Shown: positions 31,801 through 38,671 of the stretch, piece by piece | How the letters are laid out: every line of letters starts with the position of its first letter | Position numbering within the stretch: position 1 is the stretch's first letter | Source: a virus | Reading direction: 5' to 3' (one strand) | DNA: 64,000 nucleotides | IMG/VR virus record: IMGVR_UViG_3300044950_000375 | Span: 17,509 to 81,508 of that record | Position numbers and translations under genes: made by a program | Notes under the pieces: generated by a model | The model's database searches: none | What the model saw: the letters and a program-made list of their open reading frames with translations, nothing else | Told to the model about the DNA's origin: nothing

Positions 31801-31886
31801 TGATCCAAAGTAGCAGCCAAAAATTGCTTGTTGGCGTCCGTCTGAAAAATCTCAGGAAGAAAATCTACACTGCGTACTCGTGCCAT
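16818..31886 (-). CDS. Giant 5022-aa multidomain virion/baseplate protein
   Basis: Uninterrupted 15-kb ORF directly after the gp6-like gene; FG-GAP-like repeats (FGYSVA..LYVGAP), WxxxxxYxxGxxV carbohydrate-binding-like motifs, VKPYH baseplate-wedge-like motif. Confidence 0.8.
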   Translation of the reverse strand: MARVRSVDFLPEIFQTDANKQFLAATLDQLIQEPKFKKTQGYIGRTVGPGVNPNDKYVIEPDKTRADYQLEPGVISVDPADNNKIIDAITYPGITDTLVYQGSPSTQPSRLYTSDYYSLDPFMDFDTFVNFSQYYWVPDGPDVVTVQSPGVALSQNFVVDRADGVYTFSGLTGNNPTINLVRGGNYTFQVSQNNKETVNYKVTRTNVTSFNIDNEPNAPIVLIRGNTYTFNLFVQGDFPFWIKTAPTTGTGDQYNSGVTRNGSVVGTVTFTVPQDAPNTLYYSCQTQSLMRGTISVIDAQPGDGPGFWIQTAPGINGLDPTTPNVTSRSIYGVTNNGIDLGTLNFNVPQKTAQDFFYNLVSIGSVDLVTDLFFNNIDGARLDQFIATYGGIDGITDLNTRTLVFANSVGDPSTNYYSIWRISYVVVGAFTYLSLGSIQNIANLEKWTIRYGTEYSSTQWYKNQTGYIVEMPQLTAKLDTLYYQDGTDPEIFGTIRLIEQDNSSTIYIEDVLGKTNYTSPNGVTFTNGLKVQFLGNVSPASYATGSAAFICTNTAAGINLITTESTAGMAVGQEIIFNGTAFGGVNTGVTYYVQTVFSSSQFKVSTTKDGTAVTLTSANGSMVATTSQNPQYYVSGVGTAIELLPVTNYITPEEYASAYNVDYLTINRDSPDLNAWSRSNRWFHIDVLNATGAYNDTPVVIDNDRKGKRPIIQFRGGIRLYNMGTDAKQPVNVIDFTETDAFSNIEGSTGYSVNDYTFVNGSRVIFAADEDQNVRSKIYVVNFIVPDTVAPLITQPIINLVEASDGEILVDQTTTCISGSQVGVTYWYDGVNWLEAQQKTAVQQAPLFDIFDADGVSLANRTTYPSSTFTGTKLFSYATGSGTADPVLQLVLKYLSLTNVGDIVFDNNLYSDSFVYVIDNVSTTAPISSGFVYEYASRTVYERLIGWQTAVVPTLMRQQFKFVYNLQPLQLDVAVQSNIVTTVPSVTVFVGSIFQDPGTYTVATTANTTTITLHTAHVVGDVIEVEVLSDQISQVAFYQVPLNLNNNPLNANSPSFTLGTLRTHYDSICQNLTTFSGSINGANNTRDLGNVIPYGQLILQQSSPLTLAGYFMRSQQYNIFGAIEYNSREYQKYKNQLLEAVTRQTIQYETTSQVLDTVIAEITIGRTENNPFYWSDMLPATAVFTTTTYTVSYITRQVFDTVQVYNYTSANYLGMNVYVNDQILTRDLEYTVATDGPRIEILITLAIGDIITIQEYNATYGTYVPNTPSKMGLYPAWRPEILTVKTSAGEQLVILGHDGSQTPIFGDIRDEVLLEFETRIYNNIKLDDNPVPLDVVDVLPGQFRNTGYSYAEINTILESSFLTYVGWNKLDYTTQNYNAGNPFTYNYSSSTNKLNNENLLGAWRGIYRYFYDTQQPELTPWEMIGFSVQPDWWEITYGPAPYTSDNMNLWDDLELGLVRDPVGAYTLPAYARPGLLSVLPTDSAGNLLAPLESVVGRYNPQTWQKSWAPGDGGPVEASWWNSSDYPFAAMRLLALTRPAKFFALFADRDLYKYSTEFDQYLYNGRYRLDANGVQVYGDGTSKASYINWIVDYNRLTGTDSTVALETDLQNLDVRLCYRMASFSDKQYLKIYTEKSSPRSTNASLQIPPESYQLLVYKNQPFDRLIYSSVVIQVVDGGYAVFGYSTARPYFNTFTSIPVGQFETYSVASKTIQVPANYTDTVTQIPYGFVFTTESAVANFLLSYGKFLESQGFEFTNQTNGYLMTWSQMVYEFIYWSQQGWGNGSLINLNPLAIGLSVFKEQAVVDNITSQTAEHVILDQNRKDFPTRDLNIVRVDNNFTIQPLNNQSLSFIDMRYTSFESMIVLDNASLFGDLIFEPITGARQSRLYIAGTTSTEWNGSVDAQGFILNQNNIPAWTGLKTYAKGEIVTYKGAYWSAATIVQPSTKFNYNDWNQSDYTVIEQGLLANLANKADQLSNSYDINSANLVSDNDLLSYGLIGFRPRQYMAALNLDDVSQLNIYREFLGTKGTKNSVDLFGQAKFNKEVAEYKIFENWAIQRGVYGANANRSFFDLRLNRALLSSNPSLVQVVVPNETSTADQQIFLSDVWKSSFPLTTPALLPTTTTLPTDISLPSAGYVNIDDVDITVFDLDDPANLNANINSIIVGTSIWVAKVNNYDWNIYRAEAVPGTIQHVCDNLNGTSRVIFSKQHGLITGNQLIIRFFDTEVNGVYTVLSVPNLTTVNIALDLAGDRTVVDGTGIGFTLETMRVDQASNVIDLPYAQQFLPGAKVWVDDNGDGLWEVLEKQNPFTDRAVLAPVLLDATEQYGASVAQATNRAALFVGSPRYGFGLGTAKGGIYLYVRNASDQYVPISPIGGQDTVLTLSTTGLRGYGNAVDAGNQTFAVGGASASLGPAPAGSPVNNGYAVVLWRDPTAGAANTSPWSQPQLLTLPGTTPTTTPGAGEFGYSVAMSLDERWLYVGAPGLNTVYAYGQVQWQDQVLQYIANGTSNTADISDTIQINNANQIAVLKNNAVLTLTTDYTVDAGFTTVTFTAMPAAGDVITISRKYVKTFSPSGTTYSLSPWLFTATANNIYSFSVSVDSVLQRPNIDYTYSGTTLTFASAPSNDIIVTSQFYYQLAGTITPTVAVAAGARFGASVQCSTDGRQVIIGCPNATVSTLTEAGSVYVVDRNVQKFIRQDDSSNTYTVLGTVAAPVSVLVNNVFLTNQTNSIVGADNTFSVSGNNITINKDLFVGDIIEIEINQFVEQQLITENLIAEFTNYGQSLDLCPYNCSLYVGAPQDSSVVWKGGVVERSVNQARSYGTITSTIANPSLTAGQTLRVNNVDIVVPVSPNNNIAGLAAAINGGEAGTNSGAPNATAVVSSTGYLTIFVTNTDAAPEGNKLQVAPGSVGSVFSALEFVTFEYTQTIASPRPVEFGQFGYSVAVNDTALNLVVGSPKGTLYSVMVFDYNTTTEKPGTTFDGNSTIFFSSVVMVLVNGSYVTRSLVQAGAVYTYDYLPSNSLSVANPGKFIFGQQVETDGVSYLDQYGYAVSYNSGVLVATAPGEDFEDSTFSEYGAAYIFENPTQRLAWEPIAIQQPVVDIRLLTSVYMYDRISSAKSQFFDFFDPLQGKVLGAAQENIDFISAIDPASYNVGPVNNRGDTWATTHVGEVWWDISTVRFINPNQDNPTYASRRWGQVFPGSTVDVYQWISSAVPPANYAGVGTPYSIISYVVSTRLNQSGTFVTEYYFWVRGITETASQAGKTLSVATVASYIQEPKASGISYVAPINSSTIAIYNAIEYILAADTIISVEFDQVLTEANVHTEYELIAQGQDDAFLSDNLYRKLQDSFCGVDTTGNKVPDPNLNYAQQYGVQFRPRQSMFVDRFLALKNYIQRANDVFALYPITEIRSFALLNSAEPEPSATSGEWNLRVANLEILGFQDIYAVPLGYKYLVVTNSLNRGLWTINEVQATNDPTVRELVLSRVQNYNTPQYWSYVNWYQPGYNSSSIIVAEVPNYATLETLSVAIGSSVKVTANAQGKFEIYLRTDTGWDRVGLEDGTIEISAEIYDYALGRFGFDVEVFDAQYFDQEPVIETRKIIQAINEELFVDELKIERNQSLTLMFNFILSELLAPEWLIKTSLIDVQHKVRDLVPYQNYIRDNQDFVSEYIQEVKPYHVQVREFNLTYDGIDNFQGSLTDFDLPAYYDTNLTIPQYVSPILLPYEHATAQAFNTLSDTAPNSTLWPEWPYSQWFDNYLLHVDSITVTNQGTGYTIAPTVLIVPAEGDTGSGAEATAVLNSSGNVVSITLINGGSGYRSTPTVAFDGGNGTGVAAYPQMDNGLVRSFRTVLKYDRYQYQTSVLTWSSDGTYENGTLVRYDDRVWQADSADGSSAVIGPVFNLEDWTLVDAATLSGVNRTMGFYVPGVNEFGLDLQLLVDGTSYPGVQVWGDYFLGSAPASPTLVCTATNATTNEITCVQTARLSLGDPIRFYGTVFGGIVAGTVYYVNAIVDATHFTVALAPDGLTFSLTSATGTMVADVPEPIDATYASSFTDMFLGLRPTDINVDGGEFIGPYEGHAPEELVNGSEYDTLDFRVYTRPGADWTGDGHGFAIGTFNYVYDGNALYWGTLVQNPVNIEVSNENTNSDLTPDVDYVVDWEAQTITAVPDGGITNGDVISVTAYEMGGGNQLFRGNYNGTEVNNSVVIPVNADEIYELVLFVNGTNVSGATWTSYANSVPWTYENSYAAQTVVEDNQLYYRALQSVPPGILLDDPLYWIEFVPTVQSTVTFPYPMANVKYATTTSLFGTYGYVYNNGTNGVGATLTNYNVFDDYTALTIDGVIPLVGDRILVKDETGTYTNDTTQSATFNGIYTVTRVGNSTIGWILTRATDFVDSLDIPSAITLVTSGSTNAATRWVCTSNPSISVGTTEIDWTRFIGTEAPYGPGDGISITAMGVEDPQYSWSTAVTQYHTATESDILTNSINLDNSMQGTNVANLVVTVNGKRLHPPEGIEWTGDGTSSSFGLPQRGGGYPQSAINAYTDIQVWVDNVLQVQNYGAIVGNYSVTNYDGSNTPGRQVVFFTPPADGAQILISVSTIAQYTVVIGSPNRLLITPLLNLGDQIAITSWNDTSQQDPLTLVFVGPIVTGLTVIEPYDSTGYSFPDAANDTSGSFDFSVGVAVPTNDFNLGREGILANRLWVTLDGNRLYPGVDYAVQGQYLILGSGIIGSAQVLAVTEFTESVVPGAMAFRLFQDMRGVQTTFRITASTTTTVAQAVSAVADIIYVANVAALSEPNLTDGIFGVVTIDGERILYRERNLSTNSITGLQRGTAGTAATSHSVNAEVYDMGLGNRQPQEFQNYIVSDTSTGDGSTTIFYAPTIEFDLSDSSFEVNSIEVYVGGNRARVGYYAGQFVIGQTYTIASVGSTNWHAIGLPSDVYPLPGVVFTATGAGSGTGVAGTSLASNYYQVTDYNPLAIQFLTANDLPAPGAGVEVVILQRRGVTWYAPGNGTPSNGEALQITDTNAARFLRGL

Positions 31887-34800
31887 TAAATTACTCCGCT
31901 ACCAGGTGCAGTACGCAAATTAGTACTGGTCAATGCATCAATCACAACAATATTGTCAATGGTAGCGCCGTTAACAAATATTTCACTGGGTTCTGCTCTT
32001 ACTTCGTACATGTCGCCAAAGTATTTTTGTGTGTCTAGTGGTACCAATACCACTGAACTGATTATGGTTCCAAGATATCTGTGCAGGTACGCCGCCAGTT
32101 CTGAAAAATAGAATGTATCGCCAAATCCCCATTTGTCAATGCTAAAATATTCATTCATAGCTGCCAACACAGAACTTTGTATTTCGCTAGTGCTGGCTGT
32201 GGAATTTTGAGCACGAATAACTTTGATTGTGGCTTGCAATGTTGTGGCTGCTTTAGGTCCAAACAATGGTTTAAACACTACAGAATTCAAAATAATGTTG
32301 TCACTGATCATCTTGTATTCATTAAGTCCTTGATATTCTGTACTAAGCTCATCAATGGTTGGCACGTCAGGTTCTGTAACTGTTCCGGTGGTGTCTTTAA
32401 TCCAATTTTGATAAGCAGTATAGTATGACTGTGTTACAACATACAAGTCAATAATATTAGTGGTGCCAGGATCAATTCTATTGGTCAATGGTGAGTTGTG
32501 ACGATATTGGAAGTACAATGCTTGTCGTCCTGTTCTAGCAATCCAATCGCCTTCTGCTGCTTGCGTGATAACTCTCACTCCGGCAGTATTAACAGTCAAT
32601 GTAAAAAATAATTCATCGGTGTAGGCATAGAAAACTTGCCCAGGTGAGTATTGAAACTTTACCAGTTCAATATTATCATACGTAGGATAGTCTGAATTGA
32701 CCACTCCAGGTTCTACCAGCAAATATCGTTGCAAATTATCAAAGTCTACAGTTTGTTGCAAGAATATAAGTTTAAGGTTGGGATTAACTGTTGGTGCAAC
32801 AATTTCATTGAAGAAATCTGGATTGTCTGGCACGCCATCAGAGTCAGAATCTCTATAGCTGATCAACACCTGAAAGTCATCAACATAGCCATCAGACTGT
32901 ACAGGCTGTCCAGTGATTGTGGTATAGATATCTCCAGGCAGCGGTGATGAGCTGTCTGGTTTGGTGTTTACTGCCAGCACGTTAATAAAATCTTTAATGG
33001 TGGTGCCTGTGCGGCTGTCGTAAATCTTTTGATTTCCGTAAAAAAAGAATCTTGTTTGCAGTACTGATCCAAAGTAATAAGCAAGTCCTCGAAATGTGAT
33101 TGTGTATTTGTTGTCCACCGCCACAAACTGTGCCATCCAACTTGCATCTAAATTGTTTCCTGATGTGTTACCTGCATACGCTTGACTCCAAGTAGCATCA
33201 GCATCTAGATTGGTACTGGTAATAACATACCAAGTCCCGGCAGTGCCTGTAATGGCACCATTGTTATCATAGCCAAGACCAAAATTTCTGTACAACAAAA
33301 TTTGTTGTGTCATTTGTTCTCTAATAGACGGAGTCAAATCTGTAAGGAATACAGGAATAATACTGTCCACTACAGCACCTGTAGGCACAAAGTTATTGAG
33401 TGCAATAGGGCCTTGGCCATTGGTTAAATTACCAATGCCGTTATTACTGCCGTCACCTACTATGGCAAGTGGACTGGCCCAAATTTCCAAATGGTCTTCG
33501 GGTCTAGTTGGCAGTCCTTGTTTCAATCTATTGTTTGCATCAAAGTAATACGGTTGTCCATTAATAACTGGAGGTATGAATTTAATTAAACTTTTTTGCA
33601 CCACATACTTGAATGCAGTACTGCTAGAAGTTCCAACCATAACTGGTTCACCCAATGCATTTTGAAAATACCCTGTGGTTTCGTTAGCCAGTGTTGTGCT
33701 TTGATTCCAAGTGCTTAGAGCAGTAACACCAGTGTTTACAGGTATTCTTGGAAAGTTTGCATAGTAAAACTGTTTGAATGTGGTATCGATGATAGCAGGC
33801 TGTACTTGGTTGGCAATGAGGTCAGCAATCTCATTGCGATTGATCCAACTAAACAAAATACTAGGAAGAACATTGTATTCCCACATAGCCCCGTCACTGG
33901 AAAATGTGTTGGTAGACGAATACTTGCCTGTGTTGTCCACAAGATCAAGATACCGACTAGTGCCAATACTAGCACGGTTTACTGCTTTTGATTTGATAAT
34001 AGAATTGTAAAGAGTAAACGGAAACAAGTTATAGTCTTCACCGTTGACCATGCGATTCTGTGTGTAGTATCTTGCTGGAGCACGTTGCTTGATAGCATCA
34101 ATGCTTTCACGACTTTGAGCATTGCTTACAGGTTGTGTGATACCACAAGTAAAAGTAATTGTTTGCAGATTACCATTCCGGTCAATGTAACTGATGGGCA
34201 ATACTACATTCTGCATTTCGGCAGGATTGATAATGTATTGAAGGCCATTACTTGCACGAACATATGCACGGAAAATGCCCACTGGTATTTCTGAGAACAC
34301 GCCATCACCAAACACCATAGTAATCTGATCATTGGTTCTGCTGGTCACAGAAAATATTGGTCTTAGTGTTGCAGTTTGTTCCGCAGCAGCTGAGTAAATG
34401 TTGTCAGTAAATGCCCACTCTCGACTGATGCTACCCACATTATCTAATTGGAATAGCCAACGATCTTCGTTGTTAACACCATCAATGTTGATGTTTACTG
34501 TGCGATTGGCAATACGTTCAGCCAAGTTAAAATCTTGATTTTGCAATGTGCCTTGTTTGAAAAAGAAGAAAAATCCATTGTTAGCACTTTGGTATCCTAA
34601 CTTATCATTACGATACAATATATTGAATGTGGCATTGGGTTTTGGACTTGGTTCATAAATGTAGTCTCGACCAGCTGTGGACGACGTTGTGGCTTCAAAC
34701 GGCATGTTTACTCCATCCACTGTGGCAGTGTACGGAATTACTGGCAAGAATCCTGGCACTAAGTTAATGCCATATTCATTGGTATCTACACCCAAAATGG

Positions 34801-35332
34801 TTTGACGATTAGCAGGACGTCCAATTTTTTGACTGCTGACCAAGGACGAATTCACAATAGCATTCCACTGTTCCAACCAATCAAAGTTTGTGGGATCGGC
34901 CCAATTAACTGTGACATTGGCCAAGTTAACACCGTTGTAATCCACAACATTTTCTGTTGTGGTCACTGAGAATGCTTTGAGCAGGCCCTGGGCGGCTGTG
35001 TTACGTTTGGCTGTATAGCTAACAAGATTGGCCAATCGTGTGACTGAATCTCTGCGTTCTGCTGTGTCTAAGTAATTTTCTCTTGTGTTAAGGTCTGTGC
35101 GGAAGGCAAGTGCCTGGCCCATAAACGCAATAACATCTAATAGCGCAATATATTCAGATGACTCAATGTAGTCGTTGAATGTTTCTGGATAGTACAAACG
35201 CAGGTAATCGGTGAAACTCTTGCGTAGAGTTTCAAAGTCGTAGCTTTGAAAATCTGCTTCGCGATAGGTTTGATAGATTTGTTTCCAATCTTCTACACCA
35301 AATATCGCTGTTTGTCTAGTGGTTTTTGCCAT
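31886..35332 (-). CDS. Baseplate wedge subunit (T4 gp6-like)
   Basis: DFETLR..YLR, ENYLDTAERRDSV..LA, FGDGVF, ESIDAIKQRAP..QNRMVNGEDY. Confidence 0.85.
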   Translation of the reverse strand: MAKTTRQTAIFGVEDWKQIYQTYREADFQSYDFETLRKSFTDYLRLYYPETFNDYIESSEYIALLDVIAFMGQALAFRTDLNTRENYLDTAERRDSVTRLANLVSYTAKRNTAAQGLLKAFSVTTTENVVDYNGVNLANVTVNWADPTNFDWLEQWNAIVNSSLVSSQKIGRPANRQTILGVDTNEYGINLVPGFLPVIPYTATVDGVNMPFEATTSSTAGRDYIYEPSPKPNATFNILYRNDKLGYQSANNGFFFFFKQGTLQNQDFNLAERIANRTVNINIDGVNNEDRWLFQLDNVGSISREWAFTDNIYSAAAEQTATLRPIFSVTSRTNDQITMVFGDGVFSEIPVGIFRAYVRASNGLQYIINPAEMQNVVLPISYIDRNGNLQTITFTCGITQPVSNAQSRESIDAIKQRAPARYYTQNRMVNGEDYNLFPFTLYNSIIKSKAVNRASIGTSRYLDLVDNTGKYSSTNTFSSDGAMWEYNVLPSILFSWINRNEIADLIANQVQPAIIDTTFKQFYYANFPRIPVNTGVTALSTWNQSTTLANETTGYFQNALGEPVMVGTSSSTAFKYVVQKSLIKFIPPVINGQPYYFDANNRLKQGLPTRPEDHLEIWASPLAIVGDGSNNGIGNLTNGQGPIALNNFVPTGAVVDSIIPVFLTDLTPSIREQMTQQILLYRNFGLGYDNNGAITGTAGTWYVITSTNLDADATWSQAYAGNTSGNNLDASWMAQFVAVDNKYTITFRGLAYYFGSVLQTRFFFYGNQKIYDSRTGTTIKDFINVLAVNTKPDSSSPLPGDIYTTITGQPVQSDGYVDDFQVLISYRDSDSDGVPDNPDFFNEIVAPTVNPNLKLIFLQQTVDFDNLQRYLLVEPGVVNSDYPTYDNIELVKFQYSPGQVFYAYTDELFFTLTVNTAGVRVITQAAEGDWIARTGRQALYFQYRHNSPLTNRIDPGTTNIIDLYVVTQSYYTAYQNWIKDTTGTVTEPDVPTIDELSTEYQGLNEYKMISDNIILNSVVFKPLFGPKAATTLQATIKVIRAQNSTASTSEIQSSVLAAMNEYFSIDKWGFGDTFYFSELAAYLHRYLGTIISSVVLVPLDTQKYFGDMYEVRAEPSEIFVNGATIDNIVVIDALTSTNLRTAPGSGVI

Positions 35333-35361
35333 TGCGTCTGGGCCTTGTGTTCTTTATCTGT

Positions 35362-35390
35362 TATTTATACGGATAAAAAACGGCGTAGTT
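35362..35390 (-). promoter_or_regulatory. Late promoter TATAAATA with upstream element AACTACGCCGTTTTT
   Basis: TATAAATA at 35362-35369 and a 15-nt element at 35376-35390; the same arrangement recurs at 43854-43882. Confidence 0.65.
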
Positions 35391-35763
35391 ATACATAGCT
35401 AGCCGACCGGCTGACTTGATTGAAGAATACGTTTAGTATTTCAGCATTGACTCCACCTACAGTTTGAATTTCTAATTCAATCAGCATGCCATTTTCTTGT
35501 GGGTACACATTGATGTTGCTGATGAATACTCTAGGATCGCCGCCTGCCACTCGTTGCACTTCATTAATAATACCTTGTTGAACAGCATCAACTTGATTTT
35601 CAAACAGATAATTCCACAACACTGTGCCATACTCTGGACGGCCAGGCAGTTGACCTTGGCGAATGTTAAACGCATTCAAGAGATCGCGTTTGACCAATTC
35701 AAAATCTACTAGCGTGAATTTTTTGTATTGATTCTGTGTGTTAAAGCCAACAAAGGTAGTCAT
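35389..35763 (-). CDS. Baseplate wedge subunit (gp25/GPW-like)
   Basis: LVKRDLLNAFNIRQGQLPGRPEYGTVLWNYLFE..DPRV motif. Confidence 0.85.
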   Translation of the reverse strand: MTTFVGFNTQNQYKKFTLVDFELVKRDLLNAFNIRQGQLPGRPEYGTVLWNYLFENQVDAVQQGIINEVQRVAGGDPRVFISNINVYPQENGMLIELEIQTVGGVNAEILNVFFNQVSRSASYV

Positions 35764-35771
35764 AGCAATAT

Positions 35772-37151
35772 TTATGCGGTGGGATTAGGCCTTGGATAGC
35801 CTATTGCAGTGAGACTTGGCAGACCACGACGTAGTCGTTCGGCATTCACCCGATCCCACACTATCTCGTCATTTCCAGTGTAAATTAAATCCTCATCTTT
35901 GGTATTGGAATAAGCACTAGATTCTATGGCTACTGGCAAAATACTAGGCACTTTGGCATTACCCACAATGCGTTTAGCGGCTGCTTCAAGTGTGTCTGTA
36001 TTTACAGTATCAATAGCAGCTATAGGTGTGTACTCCTGAAGCATGGACGGGTCTATTTTAGTTTGCGCCAAATTTACAGCAAACGCACCATTAACTGCGG
36101 CAGCATCAAATTTGGATTTGATGTCAGCCGATAACCCAGGAGTATTTTTGGCCCAATTTAGTGTGTCAGGCACACTCTTTGCAGCATTGGTGGCCAGACC
36201 GCTAAGTGCTTGTGGTGTAAGTTTGTCTGTGGGAATTCCCAGTGATTTTAAGTCAGCCACACCCGAAGTCATCAATCCTTGCTGAATTTTGTTTTGAAGT
36301 CCTTCATTGCCCAGCAACCCATCGAGACTTTTTACACCATCTCTGCCAGTCCACACTGTGGGACTTTTTAACACACTGGTAAGATTACTACTGCCTTGTG
36401 CCAAAAATGTAGCAGCAGTTCCTGGTTTAACAAGACCCCATCGTTCAAGTTGACTGGCATCAAGTCCAAATTTACCTGCACCTGCTGTGTTACTAATAGT
36501 GTCTGCACTTTGACCTACCAACTTTGACGCTTGAGCCAATGTGCTTGTTACATCGGGTAAACTCATGCTACCAAGTCCAGTTAATGCTGGTCCTTGTTTA
36601 GCAAAGTCTGCCACATTGATACCACTTGTAGGAGTTCCTTTAATCAATCCAGATATGGTACCAACTGCGGTGCTAGCCAAACTGCCTACTCGTGCAGCAG
36701 CACCAGTTAACGCACCTGTGATGGCTGATGTTGAAGGTAATGAAAATCCGGCGCCTGCGCCAGCCAATGATGCGCTGATAGCAGCAGTGCTTCCACCTGC
36801 TCCAGTAGTTAATGAATTGAATGCAGCCGCGCCACCTTGTAGTGCGCTGGCCACTTGTGTGCCTGCACCTTGCCCTAGTGCGCCTATACTGGCTGTGAGA
36901 CTGTTCAGATTCGTACCTGCAGGTAATTTGCTAGATAATGATGCCAGTCCTTGTGTGAGCTGACTTTGTGCGGCTGCTAGGCCGCCAGCTGCTTGTGTGT
37001 CAGGACTTAATACATCACCAACTCTAAATCCTGTGAGGCCACCGCTGGCTGTTTGTTGATCAAACACCGCCTTTGCCTGCTCAAATGTAGCGCCAGTTGG
37101 AGCTTTAATTTCAAACTTTTGGCCGTTGAATTCAAAATTAAATGTGCTCAT
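35772..37151 (-). CDS. Baseplate/tail-associated protein, possible degenerate lysozyme-like domain
   Basis: Ala/Gly-rich N-terminal half; GKFGLDASQLE..WTGRDGVKSL segment; lies between the gp5-like and gp25-like genes. Confidence 0.45.
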   Translation of the reverse strand: MSTFNFEFNGQKFEIKAPTGATFEQAKAVFDQQTASGGLTGFRVGDVLSPDTQAAGGLAAAQSQLTQGLASLSSKLPAGTNLNSLTASIGALGQGAGTQVASALQGGAAAFNSLTTGAGGSTAAISASLAGAGAGFSLPSTSAITGALTGAAARVGSLASTAVGTISGLIKGTPTSGINVADFAKQGPALTGLGSMSLPDVTSTLAQASKLVGQSADTISNTAGAGKFGLDASQLERWGLVKPGTAATFLAQGSSNLTSVLKSPTVWTGRDGVKSLDGLLGNEGLQNKIQQGLMTSGVADLKSLGIPTDKLTPQALSGLATNAAKSVPDTLNWAKNTPGLSADIKSKFDAAAVNGAFAVNLAQTKIDPSMLQEYTPIAAIDTVNTDTLEAAAKRIVGNAKVPSILPVAIESSAYSNTKDEDLIYTGNDEIVWDRVNAERLRRGLPSLTAIGYPRPNPTA

Positions 37152-38662
37152 GCTTTTCTTGTAAATTCAAATCCAGCAGGAACAGGCACAGCACCTGGAT
37201 TTGGTGGCGGTTGTCCTGCTTCTAACGGAATTTCAATATCTACACCTTTGTTGTGATAGGGATATGGCTCGTGTGTGGGTGCTCGCGTCACAATACTGTC
37301 TAGTCCATCTGTTTTGACCGTCCATCCAGTGGCGCTACTAAATGTAGTGTCATCTAAAATAGTTGTGGTCAAGTTATTGGGCGCTGACACTGAGTCAGCT
37401 GCTGGTCCGTTGAGATCAATACCGCCTGCGGTAAATTTTAATGCACTGCCACCGTTCCAACTTCCACTAGCACTTTGTAATGCCAAACTGCCGTCGGCCT
37501 TTATACCAATGTAATTTTTGCTGTATAGTTTTAAATTTTGTTGTGCAATAGCTGTAAGGTCTGCATCAGCTTGTAATGTAATATCTTCTGCAGCCTTGGC
37601 TTTGATACTGCCGCCGGCATACATGTTGATGTCTCTATCAGCATGCAAGTTAATGTCACCACGTGTGCGCAAGTTGATTGAGTTTGTGGCATACACATCT
37701 AGCGTGCCTTGAGCGCCAAGTTCAAACCAGGCTAAGCCATTGGCATGAGTGATGTAAAAGAAGTCTCCGCTATCACTCATTGTGATTTGATGACCAGCTG
37801 TGGTTCTAAATCTTATCAGTCTAGTATTGCCATCAGTATCACCGTCATCCATCACAATACTATGACCACCTACACGTCCGATAACATTGAGATCTTGAGG
37901 TTTCAATTGTCCAGTTTGAACTTTTCGTTGTATTTCTCCCAGTTTCATGCCACCTTTATAAACCGCTGGTCCAGGCGTGCTGACACCAAACACAGCACTG
38001 GGACTTTCTCTCTGGCTTGAACTTGATATAGGACCACGTTGTGGATCTTTAATCAAGCCTTGACGAAACATGGTTTCTGAAACTACACTTTGAATAGGTT
38101 TAGGAGCATCAAAAAATCTAGCGTTTTCTTCAAGAGCAAGATTGTTGGTGTTGATTTCAACTACTGGTAATTGTGATGCTCCTTTAAAATACGCTGCTTG
38201 ATTTTCATTTTCTGCAATCACCTGAGTGGCAACTGGTGCGGCGCCAATGGCAGGAACCATGTGTCCAATGCTCTGATCCGGTGCAGTGCCGATATAAAAC
38301 CCTTGACTGCGGTCTCCATTCACAAAAACACACAGCACTGTGATTCCTACATCTGGTGGTGTAAACCACATGCCATAGCTGTTGGAATTGCCATCAATGT
38401 ATTTTCCCACGCCCGTTGCCGCAGGGTTGTAGGGAGTTGATCCAAAGAACTGCGGCATGTAGCTTACTGTGATCCATTTTGAAGGATCATTTTCGTTGCC
38501 GTTGGAGAATGCATCAATGTAAACTTGTATGCGACCTGATCTTATTGAATCTGTGGTGTTTTTTACCACGCCATAGAATGGTCCAAACTCCGCAGGTACA
38601 CCTCCGCGATCAAACTTGTAGTTTGTGGGGCGTCCTCTACTGCGTTGTACTTCTGTTGCCAT
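37148..38662 (-). CDS. Baseplate hub/spike protein (gp5/VgrG-like)
   Basis: OB-fold-type GVVKNTTD..GRIQVYI and SYGMWFTPPDVG; GHSIVMDD and RTTAGHQITMSD beta-helix repeats; PTHEPY C-terminus. Confidence 0.8.
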   Translation of the reverse strand: MATEVQRSRGRPTNYKFDRGGVPAEFGPFYGVVKNTTDSIRSGRIQVYIDAFSNGNENDPSKWITVSYMPQFFGSTPYNPAATGVGKYIDGNSNSYGMWFTPPDVGITVLCVFVNGDRSQGFYIGTAPDQSIGHMVPAIGAAPVATQVIAENENQAAYFKGASQLPVVEINTNNLALEENARFFDAPKPIQSVVSETMFRQGLIKDPQRGPISSSSQRESPSAVFGVSTPGPAVYKGGMKLGEIQRKVQTGQLKPQDLNVIGRVGGHSIVMDDGDTDGNTRLIRFRTTAGHQITMSDSGDFFYITHANGLAWFELGAQGTLDVYATNSINLRTRGDINLHADRDINMYAGGSIKAKAAEDITLQADADLTAIAQQNLKLYSKNYIGIKADGSLALQSASGSWNGGSALKFTAGGIDLNGPAADSVSAPNNLTTTILDDTTFSSATGWTVKTDGLDSIVTRAPTHEPYPYHNKGVDIEIPLEAGQPPPNPGAVPVPAGFEFTRKA

Positions 38663-38671
38663 GTGTTATCC

